A stretch of DNA of 64,000 nucleotides from Deltaproteobacteria bacterium (GTDB lineage: Bacteria > Myxococcota_A > Polyangia > Fen-1088). Position numbers and translations under genes: made by a program. The stretch lies in assembly GCA_033763315.1 (NCBI GenBank), contig JANRKS010000007.1, positions 391,183-455,182 on the forward strand, given 5' to 3'. This document shows, in pieces, positions 47,522-56,922 of the stretch; the stretch's first letter is position 1; each line of letters opens with the position of its first letter. The notes below the pieces were generated by a model. It saw only the letters and a program-made list of their open reading frames with translations, searched no databases and was not told the DNA's origin.

Positions 47522-49003
47522 GTGGCCCGCACCCTGATGTTTCAAGGCACAGGCTCGGATGTGGGCAAGTCCACCATCGTGGCTGGGCTGTGCCGGTGGT
47601 TTTCCCAACAAGGTTTGCGCGTCAGGCCGTTTAAGCCGCAAAACATGTCGAACAACGCCGCCGTTACAAGGGAAGGCGGCGAGATCGGCCGCGCGCAGGC
47701 GCTGCAAGCGTTGGCCTGCGGCGTGGCGCCTTCGGTGCACATGAACCCCGTGCTGCTTAAACCTGAAAGCGATACGCGCTGCCAAGTGGTCGTGCAAGGC
47801 CACGTCAAGGGCACGTGGCAAGCGGCGGGTTATCAAGAGCACAAGGCTTCGTTGATGCCCGCGGTTCTCGATAGTTTTGCACAGCTGCAAGCTGAGGCCG
47901 ATCTGATCTTGGTGGAAGGCGCCGGCAGCCCTGCCGAAACCAACCTGCGCGCGGGTGACATTGCCAACATGGGATTCGCCACGGCTGCACATGTGCCGGT
48001 GTGCTTGGTGGCCGACATCGATCGGGGCGGCGTGATTGCCAGCGTTGTGGGAACGCACACCGTGCTCAGCGGCGACGATCGGGGCAGGATCGCCGGCTAC
48101 CTGATCAATAAATTCCGCGGCGATCCACGCCTCTTCGACGAAGGTTTGCAGCACATCACGCGGCACACGCAGTGGCCGTCGTTTGGTGTGCTGCCATGGC
48201 AAAGCGCCGTGGCACGGCTCCCGTCAGAGGATGCTGTGGTGCTGGAGCACCCACGCGAAGATCTCTTCACAGCGCGCCCTTATGTGGTGGCCGTACCCAT
48301 GTTGAGCCGCATCGCCAATTTCGATGATCTGGATCCGCTGCGCGCGGAGCCCGCGGTGCGGGTGGTGATGGTGCCGCCAGGGCAGCCGCTGCCCCAAGAC
48401 GCTGATTTGATCCTCATTCCGGGCACCAAGGCCACGATTGCCGATCTGGATTTTATGCGCGCACAGGGTTGGGACATCGATGTCCTGGCGCACGCACGCC
48501 ATGGCAAGGCGATCATTGGCGTGTGCGGCGGCTACCAAATGTTGGGGCAATGGGTGCGCGATCCGCTGGGGCTTGAAGGCCCTCCTCGCGTCAGCGCTGG
48601 CCTCAGCTTGTTGAATGTCGACACAACGCTGGCACCGCATAAGATCTTGCGCGACACAAGTGGCCACTGCGCGTGGTTGGACGCCCCCGTGCAAGGCTAT
48701 GAAATTCACGCCGGGCGTACGGATGGCGCCGACACGCAACGACCGATGTTGCAGCTTGATGGCGGCGTCAACGAGGGCGCACGCAACGAAGCTGGCACAG
48801 TGATGGGCACATACCTGCATGGCTTGTTTACGCACGACGCGTTTCGCGACAGCTTCTTGCGCCACATGGCCGGACACGGATCACGCTTGCGCGCGGGCTT
48901 CGCCACCACGGTGCAAGGTGCCCTTGATGAATTGGCCGCCGCGATCGGCACCTGCATCGATACCGATGGCTTGTGGGCGGCAAGCGCGAGCCACAGGACC
49001 TAA
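47522..49003 (+). CDS. cobQ: Cobyric acid synthase
   Basis: MFQGTGSDVGKS, FKPQNMSNN, EGAGSPAE, IANFDDLDPL, GVCGGYQMLG and GTYLHG. Confidence 0.96.
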   Translation: MARTLMFQGTGSDVGKSTIVAGLCRWFSQQGLRVRPFKPQNMSNNAAVTREGGEIGRAQALQALACGVAPSVHMNPVLLKPESDTRCQVVVQGHVKGTWQAAGYQEHKASLMPAVLDSFAQLQAEADLILVEGAGSPAETNLRAGDIANMGFATAAHVPVCLVADIDRGGVIASVVGTHTVLSGDDRGRIAGYLINKFRGDPRLFDEGLQHITRHTQWPSFGVLPWQSAVARLPSEDAVVLEHPREDLFTARPYVVAVPMLSRIANFDDLDPLRAEPAVRVVMVPPGQPLPQDADLILIPGTKATIADLDFMRAQGWDIDVLAHARHGKAIIGVCGGYQMLGQWVRDPLGLEGPPRVSAGLSLLNVDTTLAPHKILRDTSGHCAWLDAPVQGYEIHAGRTDGADTQRPMLQLDGGVNEGARNEAGTVMGTYLHGLFTHDAFRDSFLRHMAGHGSRLRAGFATTVQGALDELAAAIGTCIDTDGLWAASASHRT

Positions 49004-50040
49004 TCGGCAAGCGGTGGCGCCACGGGCTGCCGTGGAACGCCCCCGCCGCCCACTGCGTCCGGTGCGTTGTTGTCGACCACGGCAAGCAGTGGCAACAGAC
49101 GATTCACGTCGCGCGCCCACGCGGCCCTTCCGTCGGCCCCCAAAGCGTTCAAGAACAAGACGCGCGCATCGTCGCGAGCCCCCCAAATTGCCCAATCCGT
49201 CCCGGCGCTGCCGACCACGTAAGCGCCATAGTTTTGCAATGTGAAAAACATGGCACGGCCAACGTCGGTCTCAAGCGCCACGCTGGACTCGCTTGTATTG
49301 GCGGGAATGGCGAGCAGCGCTCCCATGGTCAGCGCAGGGTTGCCACCGTGGTAGCCGGCTTCACCAAGCGCCGCAAAACCGGCATCACACCGATCGGCGG
49401 GCCAGCGGAAACATGATTCCGGCCGTGACGGATCCGCGAAGTAATAGAGCGCCGAGGACAATGCCACCTTGAGCGCATGACGTACAGGCACAGGACCGAG
49501 CAGCTCGCCCGGCACCAAAGCGCCGCCAAGGCTCGATAAACCGGAGCCGCCTTGGCCGCCCTGCCGTCCATCGCGCAGCAGATCTGAATCTGGATACCGA
49601 TAGCCGACCACCGCGCCCCCTGGCTCGCACCTGCCAAAGCCACTGATCTCGACGAGGCTGTGGCCATCGGGCTGAACGATGGCTGCGGAATTTCCAGGAT
49701 CGGCGTTCTGCCCTGCGGCCAACACGAAAAGATCGGGTATGCGGATCATGTCAATCACTTCCATACCGCCACACCGATCTGCGCTGGAAACCGGCCGCAC
49801 CAAGGGGCGCAACGGATCGGTCGCGCTGGTGGTTATCAAGAATGAAGAGGACAAAGCCGACGTCTGCACAGCTTTGAGCTCTGCGGGCACGTAGCGAGCG
49901 CCCGTTCCGATCGGCGTGTTCCAGATCGAACTTGCATCAAATGGCCAAACAAGTTTCTTGCGTTTGGCGGCCGTGACCGTCACTTCGTCGCAGCTTGCGA
50001 GCAAAGTCAGCAAGAAGATCACGCGCATCATAGGCTCCAC
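49000..50040 (-). CDS. Hypothetical lipoprotein (WPF..SIWNTPIG type)
   Basis: Lipobox LLASC; GGSGLSSLGG, RHALKV, FRWPA and TLQNYGAYVV; last gene of the ECF operon. Confidence 0.72.
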   Translation of the reverse strand: MEPMMRVIFLLTLLASCDEVTVTAAKRKKLVWPFDASSIWNTPIGTGARYVPAELKAVQTSALSSSFLITTSATDPLRPLVRPVSSADRCGGMEVIDMIRIPDLFVLAAGQNADPGNSAAIVQPDGHSLVEISGFGRCEPGGAVVGYRYPDSDLLRDGRQGGQGGSGLSSLGGALVPGELLGPVPVRHALKVALSSALYYFADPSRPESCFRWPADRCDAGFAALGEAGYHGGNPALTMGALLAIPANTSESSVALETDVGRAMFFTLQNYGAYVVGSAGTDWAIWGARDDARVLFLNALGADGRAAWARDVNRLLPLLAVVDNNAPDAVGGGGVPRQPVAPPLAD

Positions 50041-51041
50041 GACAAAGCCGCCTTCATCAGTTGTGTGGGGCGCCCCGCCACGCCCGCCGTCGGTCCAATG
50101 ACTTGCACAGCCACAGCAGGTTCAGTGGCGACCAACCCAAGCTCAACGACCAAACGCAGGCGCGGGCTGCCCAACGCCACCACAGCCCCTGCGCCCACTT
50201 TGCTTGCAAACGCCCAGTGGCTCGCGTGTGTGGGAACCAAACGGTCGTCGTCGGCCGCGTCGGCTTGCAATCGCAAACCGCCTGCGCCCAGAAACACAAA
50301 TGGGCGCACCCATCGACGCGCGGGTCGCAGGAACCACAACGCCTCAGCGGTGAACAACCATTGCGACACCTGGGCGCGCACGTCAGCGCCTTGCGCTTCA
50401 CCCCACCACACTGACGACAACGTTGCCACTCGCAGGCCCAGTGCCGCGCGTGAAATCGCAAACGATGCGCAGGGGCCCACGCCGGCTTCCAAACCATCCG
50501 TGCCTCGCAGGACACTTGCGCCTGCCTCCATTTGGAAAACAAGCGGCTCTCCCTGGCGCGGCACGTTCGCCGTAGGGGGTGCTTGCGTTGGCGTGGCACG
50601 CCCCACGGGCCCGGCGGCCACGTGGGCGCGCAACACCTCCACCGCCCGCAAGGCCAACTCAGTGGGCGTCAGCGCCGATGATGCGCCAATCGGAATCAGG
50701 CGTCGCGCGTCGATGCCTGCGCCTTGGCGCCCTGGAAGCGCGATTTCCACAACGATGCCTTGGGCACTGGCAGACACAAACACAAGCGCCCATGGGCGCC
50801 CAGCCGCCGACGTGAAAAGATCATCTGTGCTTTGTACCAGCGCCCACGCGAAACCCGCAGCAACCAACTCGGCGGCGATGCGCTTCCGCACTTCGTTGAT
50901 GCGTGGATCGCTATCGGCGTCGCGCACGAGCCCCACCGGATCGGACGGTGTTGCCGCGCATACGCAGCACGGCCACAGCAGCAAGCATGCACCAATGGCC
51001 GCGAGCGCCTTTGCCACGCGGCTGCGTTTGCCGACATTCAC
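50028..51041 (-). CDS. Hypothetical exported protein, possible small outer-membrane beta-barrel at the C-terminus
   Basis: Signal peptide; ELALRAVEVLRA motif; Pro linker; alternating beta-strands (VRPFVFLGAGG). Confidence 0.65.
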   Translation of the reverse strand: MNVGKRSRVAKALAAIGACLLLWPCCVCAATPSDPVGLVRDADSDPRINEVRKRIAAELVAAGFAWALVQSTDDLFTSAAGRPWALVFVSASAQGIVVEIALPGRQGAGIDARRLIPIGASSALTPTELALRAVEVLRAHVAAGPVGRATPTQAPPTANVPRQGEPLVFQMEAGASVLRGTDGLEAGVGPCASFAISRAALGLRVATLSSVWWGEAQGADVRAQVSQWLFTAEALWFLRPARRWVRPFVFLGAGGLRLQADAADDDRLVPTHASHWAFASKVGAGAVVALGSPRLRLVVELGLVATEPAVAVQVIGPTAGVAGRPTQLMKAALSWSL

Positions 51042-52225
51042 TTCGGTGAGTGTATCGCCTCGATTCTCTGGGCCGCATGGAAAAACGATCCGTTCGGATA
51101 TTGCCGCTTGTAGGCACGCGCCACCTTCAAAGTGGCCTCTGCAAGCCCCGCGCGCTCCAATGCCAACATTTTGCGACCCAAGCTTTCCTCAGCCAAGGCT
51201 TGATGCTTGCCGGCGTAAAGATAAAGGTCGTACCAACCCACAGCCGCTTTCGGCTGCCCTGCGTCCTCGGCCAGACGCCCTAACAGATACGCGGCCATCA
51301 CCGCGCGTTCACTGCGGGGAAAGTGTTTTCGTTGGGCCAGCAACGCCTGCTTGGCGATGTGCGCGTTGCCACCGTAACGGCCCGCATCCGCCAAGGCCGC
51401 AAGTTGGTCGAGTGAGGCGTGCTTGAGCACGCGGGGCAGGCCATGTCGCGTGGCCTCTGCCAGAACCATTTGATACTTGCCCTGCGCGACCAAGTCTTTC
51501 CAGTTCCCACCAGGCGACGACCGCGGGCGGGTGTGGGGCGGCTCAGGCATCAAGGTGCCCACAACCGGCGCTGGCACGAACGGTTTCTCGTTCGGCACGA
51601 CGACGGGCTGCAACGGAAGTTCAAGGGATTGCCCGGCAGATAGGGCGCGCCCACCCGCCAACCCCGGTCCTTGCACCACCACCTCTCCCTCCCACATGCG
51701 GATGGCGAACCTGCCTGCGGCATCGAGCCAACGCACCTGAAAGTGTGTGCCTGTCACACGCACCTGATACGGTCCGGCAAGCACCGCCCACCGAGCGCCT
51801 CTGCGCTTTTTCACCTTGATATCGATTTGGCCTGTCGATAGGCGCAGATCGGCGCCATGGCTGTCAAGACGAAGCAAGCTCCCGACCGCACCCGGCTCGA
51901 GCGTGGCCTGCGACCCATCAGAGAACTGCAACTGTCCGGCGGTTTGCTCAACGCGAAAGTGCAGATGCTCATCAAGCGAAACGTGGGTGCTCATGACCGT
52001 CAGTGGTCGAGGCATCACAAACAAAAGCACCAGCGCCATCGCCCCTACCGCCAAAGCGAGCGGAATCCACACACGCCGTGGCCGCGCGGCTACGCGCGCT
52101 AGGAACTGCGCCCGCCCATCACGCGCGGTGTGCTCGGTAAAACGCGCTTGCATATGTGCCGCGACGGCGGCCACAACAGCCTCTTGCGCCGGCCTGTTGG
52201 TGGATGAATCGCCCAGCACGGTCAT
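51038..52225 (-). CDS. FecR-domain anti-sigma factor with C-terminal TPR region
   Basis: Single TM; FSDGS..AGPYQVRVTGTHFQV..EGEVVV FecR core; AAYLLGRLAE..YPNG TPR. Confidence 0.85.
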   Translation of the reverse strand: MTVLGDSSTNRPAQEAVVAAVAAHMQARFTEHTARDGRAQFLARVAARPRRVWIPLALAVGAMALVLLFVMPRPLTVMSTHVSLDEHLHFRVEQTAGQLQFSDGSQATLEPGAVGSLLRLDSHGADLRLSTGQIDIKVKKRRGARWAVLAGPYQVRVTGTHFQVRWLDAAGRFAIRMWEGEVVVQGPGLAGGRALSAGQSLELPLQPVVVPNEKPFVPAPVVGTLMPEPPHTRPRSSPGGNWKDLVAQGKYQMVLAEATRHGLPRVLKHASLDQLAALADAGRYGGNAHIAKQALLAQRKHFPRSERAVMAAYLLGRLAEDAGQPKAAVGWYDLYLYAGKHQALAEESLGRKMLALERAGLAEATLKVARAYKRQYPNGSFFHAAQRIEAIHSPK

Positions 52226-52848
52226 GGCGCCGCCTTTTGCGTTGGTTGTAATCCCAAAGTCGCCAACAAAACGGGATCTTCATGCACCGCGCGCGCGAGT
52301 CGCGCGTTCACCTTTTGCAGCCGCCGCTTGACTGTGGCCACGGAAAGCTCAAGGGCGTGGGCCACATCCGCCAGCTCCATGCCCTCCATATGTTTCAGTA
52401 CAAACGACATACGCTCTTCGTGGCTTGATCGATGAAGCACATCGTAAAGCCGAAGCAACGCTTCACGCGCGTCGTGGTCGAGGGGCGCCGAAGCGGGCTC
52501 GGGCAGTTCCCCTTCTTTCGTCAGCCACAAAAACCGCCGCACCTTTCGACGCCGCATCTCCGAAGCGACCACCGAAGCCGTCACTGTCAAGATGAAGGCT
52601 GCAAGGGCCTGTGGTTCACGCAACCTATGCAAGCGGTGAAAGACCCGCAGAAACACTTCTTGCACCAAATCCTCCACATCATCCCTCGCCATCGATCGAC
52701 GAATCACACGACGCACCTGCGGGGCAAAGCGGTCCCATAGCCGAGCCGCGGCACCGGGCGCTTTGTCGATGACATCGCGCACGAACCGAGCGTTGTGCTC
52801 AGCCTCAACCTGGGAAAACGAGTGGTGAAGCAGCGGCTCCGACATCAA
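52222..52848 (-). CDS. ECF-type RNA polymerase sigma factor
   Basis: DVEDLVQEVFLRV (region 2) and FVLKHMEGMELADVAHALELSVATVKRRL (region 4). Confidence 0.93.
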   Translation of the reverse strand: MMSEPLLHHSFSQVEAEHNARFVRDVIDKAPGAAARLWDRFAPQVRRVIRRSMARDDVEDLVQEVFLRVFHRLHRLREPQALAAFILTVTASVVASEMRRRKVRRFLWLTKEGELPEPASAPLDHDAREALLRLYDVLHRSSHEERMSFVLKHMEGMELADVAHALELSVATVKRRLQKVNARLARAVHEDPVLLATLGLQPTQKAAP

Positions 52849-53026
52849 GTGCGGGTCCTACGCCGCCTTGCCAAATTCTATCATGAGGGGTTAAGACGCG
52901 ACGACCGCGCACCGAAGCTCAAATATCTGCCTCCGCGCAGCGCGCCACGATGGCACCGGCTAAACGCCGCAAGTTAGGGGCCCAGGTGTGCATCTATCGC
53001 CTTCCTGGCATACGCTTGCCACCCGC

Positions 53027-54874
53027 GTGCCTCCGCCCCAGCCTCAGCCCCAGCCACCCCGCCCGCCTCTGCTCACACGCGCCTTGGGCAGCTTTCGCCA
53101 AACGCTCCCCACGATGGCGCTCGTGTGGGGGTCCGCCCGCGCAGGCACAAGCGCGTTGGGTTTGCTGACCATTGCCGCTTCATTCCTCCCACCGGCGATG
53201 GCATACGTGGCAAAGCTGATCGTCGATGGCGTGGTGGCCGCGCGTGGCGCCGACGTGGCCGCGGCGGCCGCGGCACAGCACCGCGTGGTGGGGTTCGTCC
53301 TGTGGGAGGTGGGGTTGGCCATCACGCTCACCTTGGTGGAGCGTTCGCTGAGCTTGGTGCGCCAGTTGGTGGGTGCGCGCATCGGCATCGACATCAACCT
53401 GCGCATCTTGACCAAGGCGCTCACACTTGAGCTGCCACAATTCGAGAACCCTGAGTTCTACGACAAACTGACACGGGCGCGCCGCGAGGCCTCGTCGCGC
53501 CCTCTTTTGTTGGTGTCGGAAAATTTTCAGATCATTCGTTCGGGGCTCACGCTGGCAGGCTACACAAGTTTGTTGCTGGCGTTCGAGCCATGGATGTTTG
53601 CGGTGGTTTTGGCCGCGGCCGTTCCCGCCTTCATCTCTGAGACGCGGTTCTCGTCGATGGCGTTTCGCCTCCGCAATTGGCGTTCGCCCGACGCGCGACG
53701 CCTAAATTATCTCGAGTATGTGTTGGCGAACGACGAACACGCTAAAGAAGTGAAGCTGTTTGGCATCGGCCCCACGCTGCTTCATCGTTACGAAACCTTG
53801 TCGTCGCGCTTTTACGAAGAGGACAAGAGGTTGGCCGTACGCCGCACCGGCTGGGCTTACGTGCTTTCCGTCGTGAGCACGCTGGCGTTCTATGGTTGTT
53901 ACGTCGTGGTCGTTTTGGCAACAGTCACGCAGAAGCTATCGCTTGGCGATATGACGCTTTACCTTGTGGCCTTTCGGCAAGGGCAGCAATCGTTTCAAGG
54001 CATCCTCACGTCGTTGAACAGCCTTTATGAGCACAACCTGTACATGCAGAACCTGTTCGAGTACTTGGCGATCCCCACAGCTCGCGCGGCCTCGCAAAAC
54101 TCTGTAACCACCGCTGTTGAAGAAGGCATCCGTTTTGCCGACGTGGGCTTTAAGTATCCGGACGCGGATCATTTTGCGCTTCGCCACGTGAACCTGTTCA
54201 TTCCCAAGGGCCAGAGCCTGGCGTTGGTGGGCGAAAATGGCGCGGGAAAAACCACGTTCATTAAGCTGCTGACAGGGCTTTACGAACCCACGGAAGGGCT
54301 CGTGCTGCTCGATGGCAAAGATGTGCGCGCATGGTCCGCAGAAGAGCTGCGCAAACGCGTGGGCGTGATCTTCCAAGACTTCAATCAATATCAATTCTTG
54401 TTGCGCGAAAACGTCGGCGTGGGCAGCGTGGACTCGATGAGTGATGACGCGCGCATCACACGCGCGGTCGAGCGTGGCGGTGCCACCCTGCTTGTGCAAA
54501 GCCTCACGCAGGGCCTCGACACACAGTTGGGCCGTTGGTTCAAAGATGGCGCCGAGCTTTCGGGCGGCCAATGGCAAAAGGTGGCCTTGGCGCGCGCGTT
54601 CATGCGTGAGGAGGCCGATATTCTCATCTTGGACGAGCCCACGGCGGCGCTTGACGCCGAAGCCGAACACGCTGTGTTTCAGCGGTTCCGTGAACTATCG
54701 CAGGGCCGCACGACGATCGTGATCTCACATCGCTTTCCCACGGTCCGCATGGCGGATCGTATTATCGTGCTCGCAGGCGGCGAGGTGGCCGAGATGGGCA
54801 CGCATGCCGAACTCGTGGCCAAGCAGGGGCGCTATGCCCACTTGTTCGCCTTGCAAGCGGCGGGGTATCAATGA
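53027..54874 (+). CDS. ABC exporter, fused permease/ATP-binding protein
   Basis: Six TMs; GENGAGKT, LSGGQWQKVALARAF, ILDEPTAALD and ISHR. Start taken as GTG 53027 (ORF track 52988). Confidence 0.93.
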   Translation: MPPPQPQPQPPRPPLLTRALGSFRQTLPTMALVWGSARAGTSALGLLTIAASFLPPAMAYVAKLIVDGVVAARGADVAAAAAAQHRVVGFVLWEVGLAITLTLVERSLSLVRQLVGARIGIDINLRILTKALTLELPQFENPEFYDKLTRARREASSRPLLLVSENFQIIRSGLTLAGYTSLLLAFEPWMFAVVLAAAVPAFISETRFSSMAFRLRNWRSPDARRLNYLEYVLANDEHAKEVKLFGIGPTLLHRYETLSSRFYEEDKRLAVRRTGWAYVLSVVSTLAFYGCYVVVVLATVTQKLSLGDMTLYLVAFRQGQQSFQGILTSLNSLYEHNLYMQNLFEYLAIPTARAASQNSVTTAVEEGIRFADVGFKYPDADHFALRHVNLFIPKGQSLALVGENGAGKTTFIKLLTGLYEPTEGLVLLDGKDVRAWSAEELRKRVGVIFQDFNQYQFLLRENVGVGSVDSMSDDARITRAVERGGATLLVQSLTQGLDTQLGRWFKDGAELSGGQWQKVALARAFMREEADILILDEPTAALDAEAEHAVFQRFRELSQGRTTIVISHRFPTVRMADRIIVLAGGEVAEMGTHAELVAKQGRYAHLFALQAAGYQ

Positions 54875-54914
54875 GTTTTGCCTTGGCTCGCTGCCGGCGA
54901 TTTCGCAAACGCGC

Positions 54915-55805
54915 TTAGCCCCCCGGCAGCTTGTCGATCGAATCCCAAAACGCGCGCACGATGGGGGATTTGAGTTTGAGCTTTTGCGTGCACACGCCCA
55001 CACGGAAAGGATCAAGCGCCGGTTTGGGTTCAATCACGCGAAACTCGTCGCGCAGCGGGCTGCGGTCGGCCACCAACCGCGGCACGATACCGACGCCGCA
55101 GCCCACAGCCACCAGGGACAAAATCGCCTCGTTGCCGGGCAGTTCGCTGTAAATGCGTGGGGAAAACTTGCGTTTGCGAAACCAACGATCGGCCGCCGCG
55201 CGCGCCAAGCCCACCGCCGGCAACACAAACGGCACGTCCTCCCATGGCACCACCGGTAACGCCATCTGTCGCGCGGCTTCACAGTCGGAGGCAGGCACAA
55301 CCAAAACCAAGGGCGTGACGACAACCACGCGCGCTTCGAGGGACGGTGGCACCTTGTCCGGTAGCGCTGCCACCGTGGCATCCACCACTCCCTTGTTCAA
55401 CATCCCGAGCGCGTCCGCCGCGTATCCCGTTTCCAGCTTGATGTGCACCTCGGGGTGCGTCTGCCGAAAGCTCGAAAGCAGCGGCGGCAAAAACGTTTGG
55501 CACGCCGTCACCGACGCAAACAGCGCCAATTCTCCCGTGAGCACTTCAGCTTTCCGCGCGAGTTTCTGTTGCAGCTGCTGCCAGCGTGTCAGCGTTTCCT
55601 GCGCGTGGGCCGCAAACGCCACCCCCTCGGGGGTCAAAGCCACGCGCCGTTGATCGCGTTCAAGCAAGGGCCAACCCACGTGATCTTCAAGGCGCGCGAT
55701 GGCGCGCGACAAAGCCGAAGGGCTCACGTGACATTCCTTGCTGGTGCGGCCGAAATGCAGGGTGCGGCTGAGATGCAAAAATAAACGCAGCGTGTCGTAA
55801 TCCAT
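54915..55805 (-). CDS. ilvY: LysR-family activator IlvY
   Basis: N-terminus LRLFLHLSRTLHFGRTSKECHVSPSALSR, FASVTA, EVHIKLETG and GNEAILSLVAVGCGVGIVP match IlvY motifs. Confidence 0.85.
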   Translation of the reverse strand: MDYDTLRLFLHLSRTLHFGRTSKECHVSPSALSRAIARLEDHVGWPLLERDQRRVALTPEGVAFAAHAQETLTRWQQLQQKLARKAEVLTGELALFASVTACQTFLPPLLSSFRQTHPEVHIKLETGYAADALGMLNKGVVDATVAALPDKVPPSLEARVVVVTPLVLVVPASDCEAARQMALPVVPWEDVPFVLPAVGLARAAADRWFRKRKFSPRIYSELPGNEAILSLVAVGCGVGIVPRLVADRSPLRDEFRVIEPKPALDPFRVGVCTQKLKLKSPIVRAFWDSIDKLPGG

Positions 55806-55841
55806 TTTGAACCTCCCACCGCCCGGGCCGGCGTCGCTTCA

Positions 55842-55887
55842 TTGCGATTGTAGCAACACAACCGCCATAACGATGCATTCTGCGCAA
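55842..55887. promoter_or_regulatory. Tandem IlvY-type operators O1/O2
   Basis: TTGC-GATTGTA-GCAA (55842-55856) and ATGC-ATTCTGC-GCAA (55873-55887), 31 bp apart, in the divergent intergenic region. Confidence 0.75.
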
Positions 55888-55959
55888 CAACGACTGTGCC
55901 CAGGCGGGGGTAAGCGTTCCCGGCTCGAAGCCGCGGTTGAATCTGATAAGAGACACCCC

Positions 55960-56898
55960 ATGGCTCGCCCTAAGAATTTGCAGCAGACCTCGCTTACAGC
56001 CAACGAAGAAGCGGAACTGTTCGCACGCGCCACAAGCGACGGTGGCCAATCGAGCAACGAAGCGAGTCGCGCGCTGTCGCGGCTTCTGCAGGCGCATCAA
56101 AGTGGCGTGCGCGCGGTCATCCGCACGTTGGTCGGGCACCCGAAGGATCTCGAAGACGTCTTGCAGGAAGCTTTGCTCGCGGCCTTTACCGGATTGAACG
56201 ACATTCCCGCCAAGCTCCCCTTTTCCACCTGGCTGCGAGGCTTGGCGGTGCAAAAGTCAGTTGAATTCTTGGCTCTGCAACGTCGTTGGCGGCCGGGCGC
56301 GCAAATCTTCGTGCAAGACTATTGCGCCACCACAGAGACCACGCCCGACGTCGCGGCCACCTTTGGCGAAGAAGGCTTCGCCTATGACGTCAAAGAACAT
56401 ATCGCGTTTTGCTTCACAGCCGTGGGCCGTTCGTTGCCCATGGAAGAGCAGCTGGCGGTGGTGCTGGTCGACGTGCTCGGCGTTTCCTTAGAGGAAGCCG
56501 CGCGCGTCCAGCGCATCAACCTCGATTCCTTGCAGCGCTTCTTGCTCAATGGCCGCACAAACCTTGAGCTTCTGTTCGGCCGCTTGTGTGGCCTGGTGGA
56601 CGAAGCCAACCCGTGCGACATGTGCCGCGGCCTCCGCGCCGTGGCACCTGAAGACAAACGCGGCGAAGATCCTGATGGCTTTGGTTTGAATATAGGCAGC
56701 GGCGAAGAGCGATTGCACCGCCGGCTCAAGATCATCAGCGACGCGGATTTGGACGCGGGTCGCACGCGTGCTTTGCATGACTTCCTGTTCGAGCTCATCG
56801 CTCAAAACGAAAACAATCGCGAAACGCCGAAAGACACGGACGAACACCTGCCCACGCACCGCACGCGTTGGGAAGATCTGCAAACGTTCAACAACTAG
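55960..56898 (+). CDS. ECF-type sigma factor with Cys-containing C-terminal extension
   Basis: DLEDVLQEALL..FSTWL (region 2); LPMEEQLAVVLVDVLGVSLEEAA (region 4); HIAFCF and CGLVDEANPCDMC; ATG 55960. Confidence 0.75.
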   Translation: MARPKNLQQTSLTANEEAELFARATSDGGQSSNEASRALSRLLQAHQSGVRAVIRTLVGHPKDLEDVLQEALLAAFTGLNDIPAKLPFSTWLRGLAVQKSVEFLALQRRWRPGAQIFVQDYCATTETTPDVAATFGEEGFAYDVKEHIAFCFTAVGRSLPMEEQLAVVLVDVLGVSLEEAARVQRINLDSLQRFLLNGRTNLELLFGRLCGLVDEANPCDMCRGLRAVAPEDKRGEDPDGFGLNIGSGEERLHRRLKIISDADLDAGRTRALHDFLFELIAQNENNRETPKDTDEHLPTHRTRWEDLQTFNN

Positions 56899-56922
56899 GG
56901 GCGCAGCGGCCCAACGCCGGCA

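Noticed and set aside
46943-48202. 419-aa minus-strand ORF
   Set aside because: Antisense shadow of hflX and cobQ.
50065-51426. 453-aa plus-strand ORF
   Set aside because: Antisense shadow of the ECF-operon genes; Ala/Pro/Arg-rich with no motif, as expected in high-GC DNA.
55807-55959. Upstream TTG start for the ECF sigma factor
   Set aside because: It would run through the IlvY operators and abut the ilvY start; ATG 55960 is more plausible.
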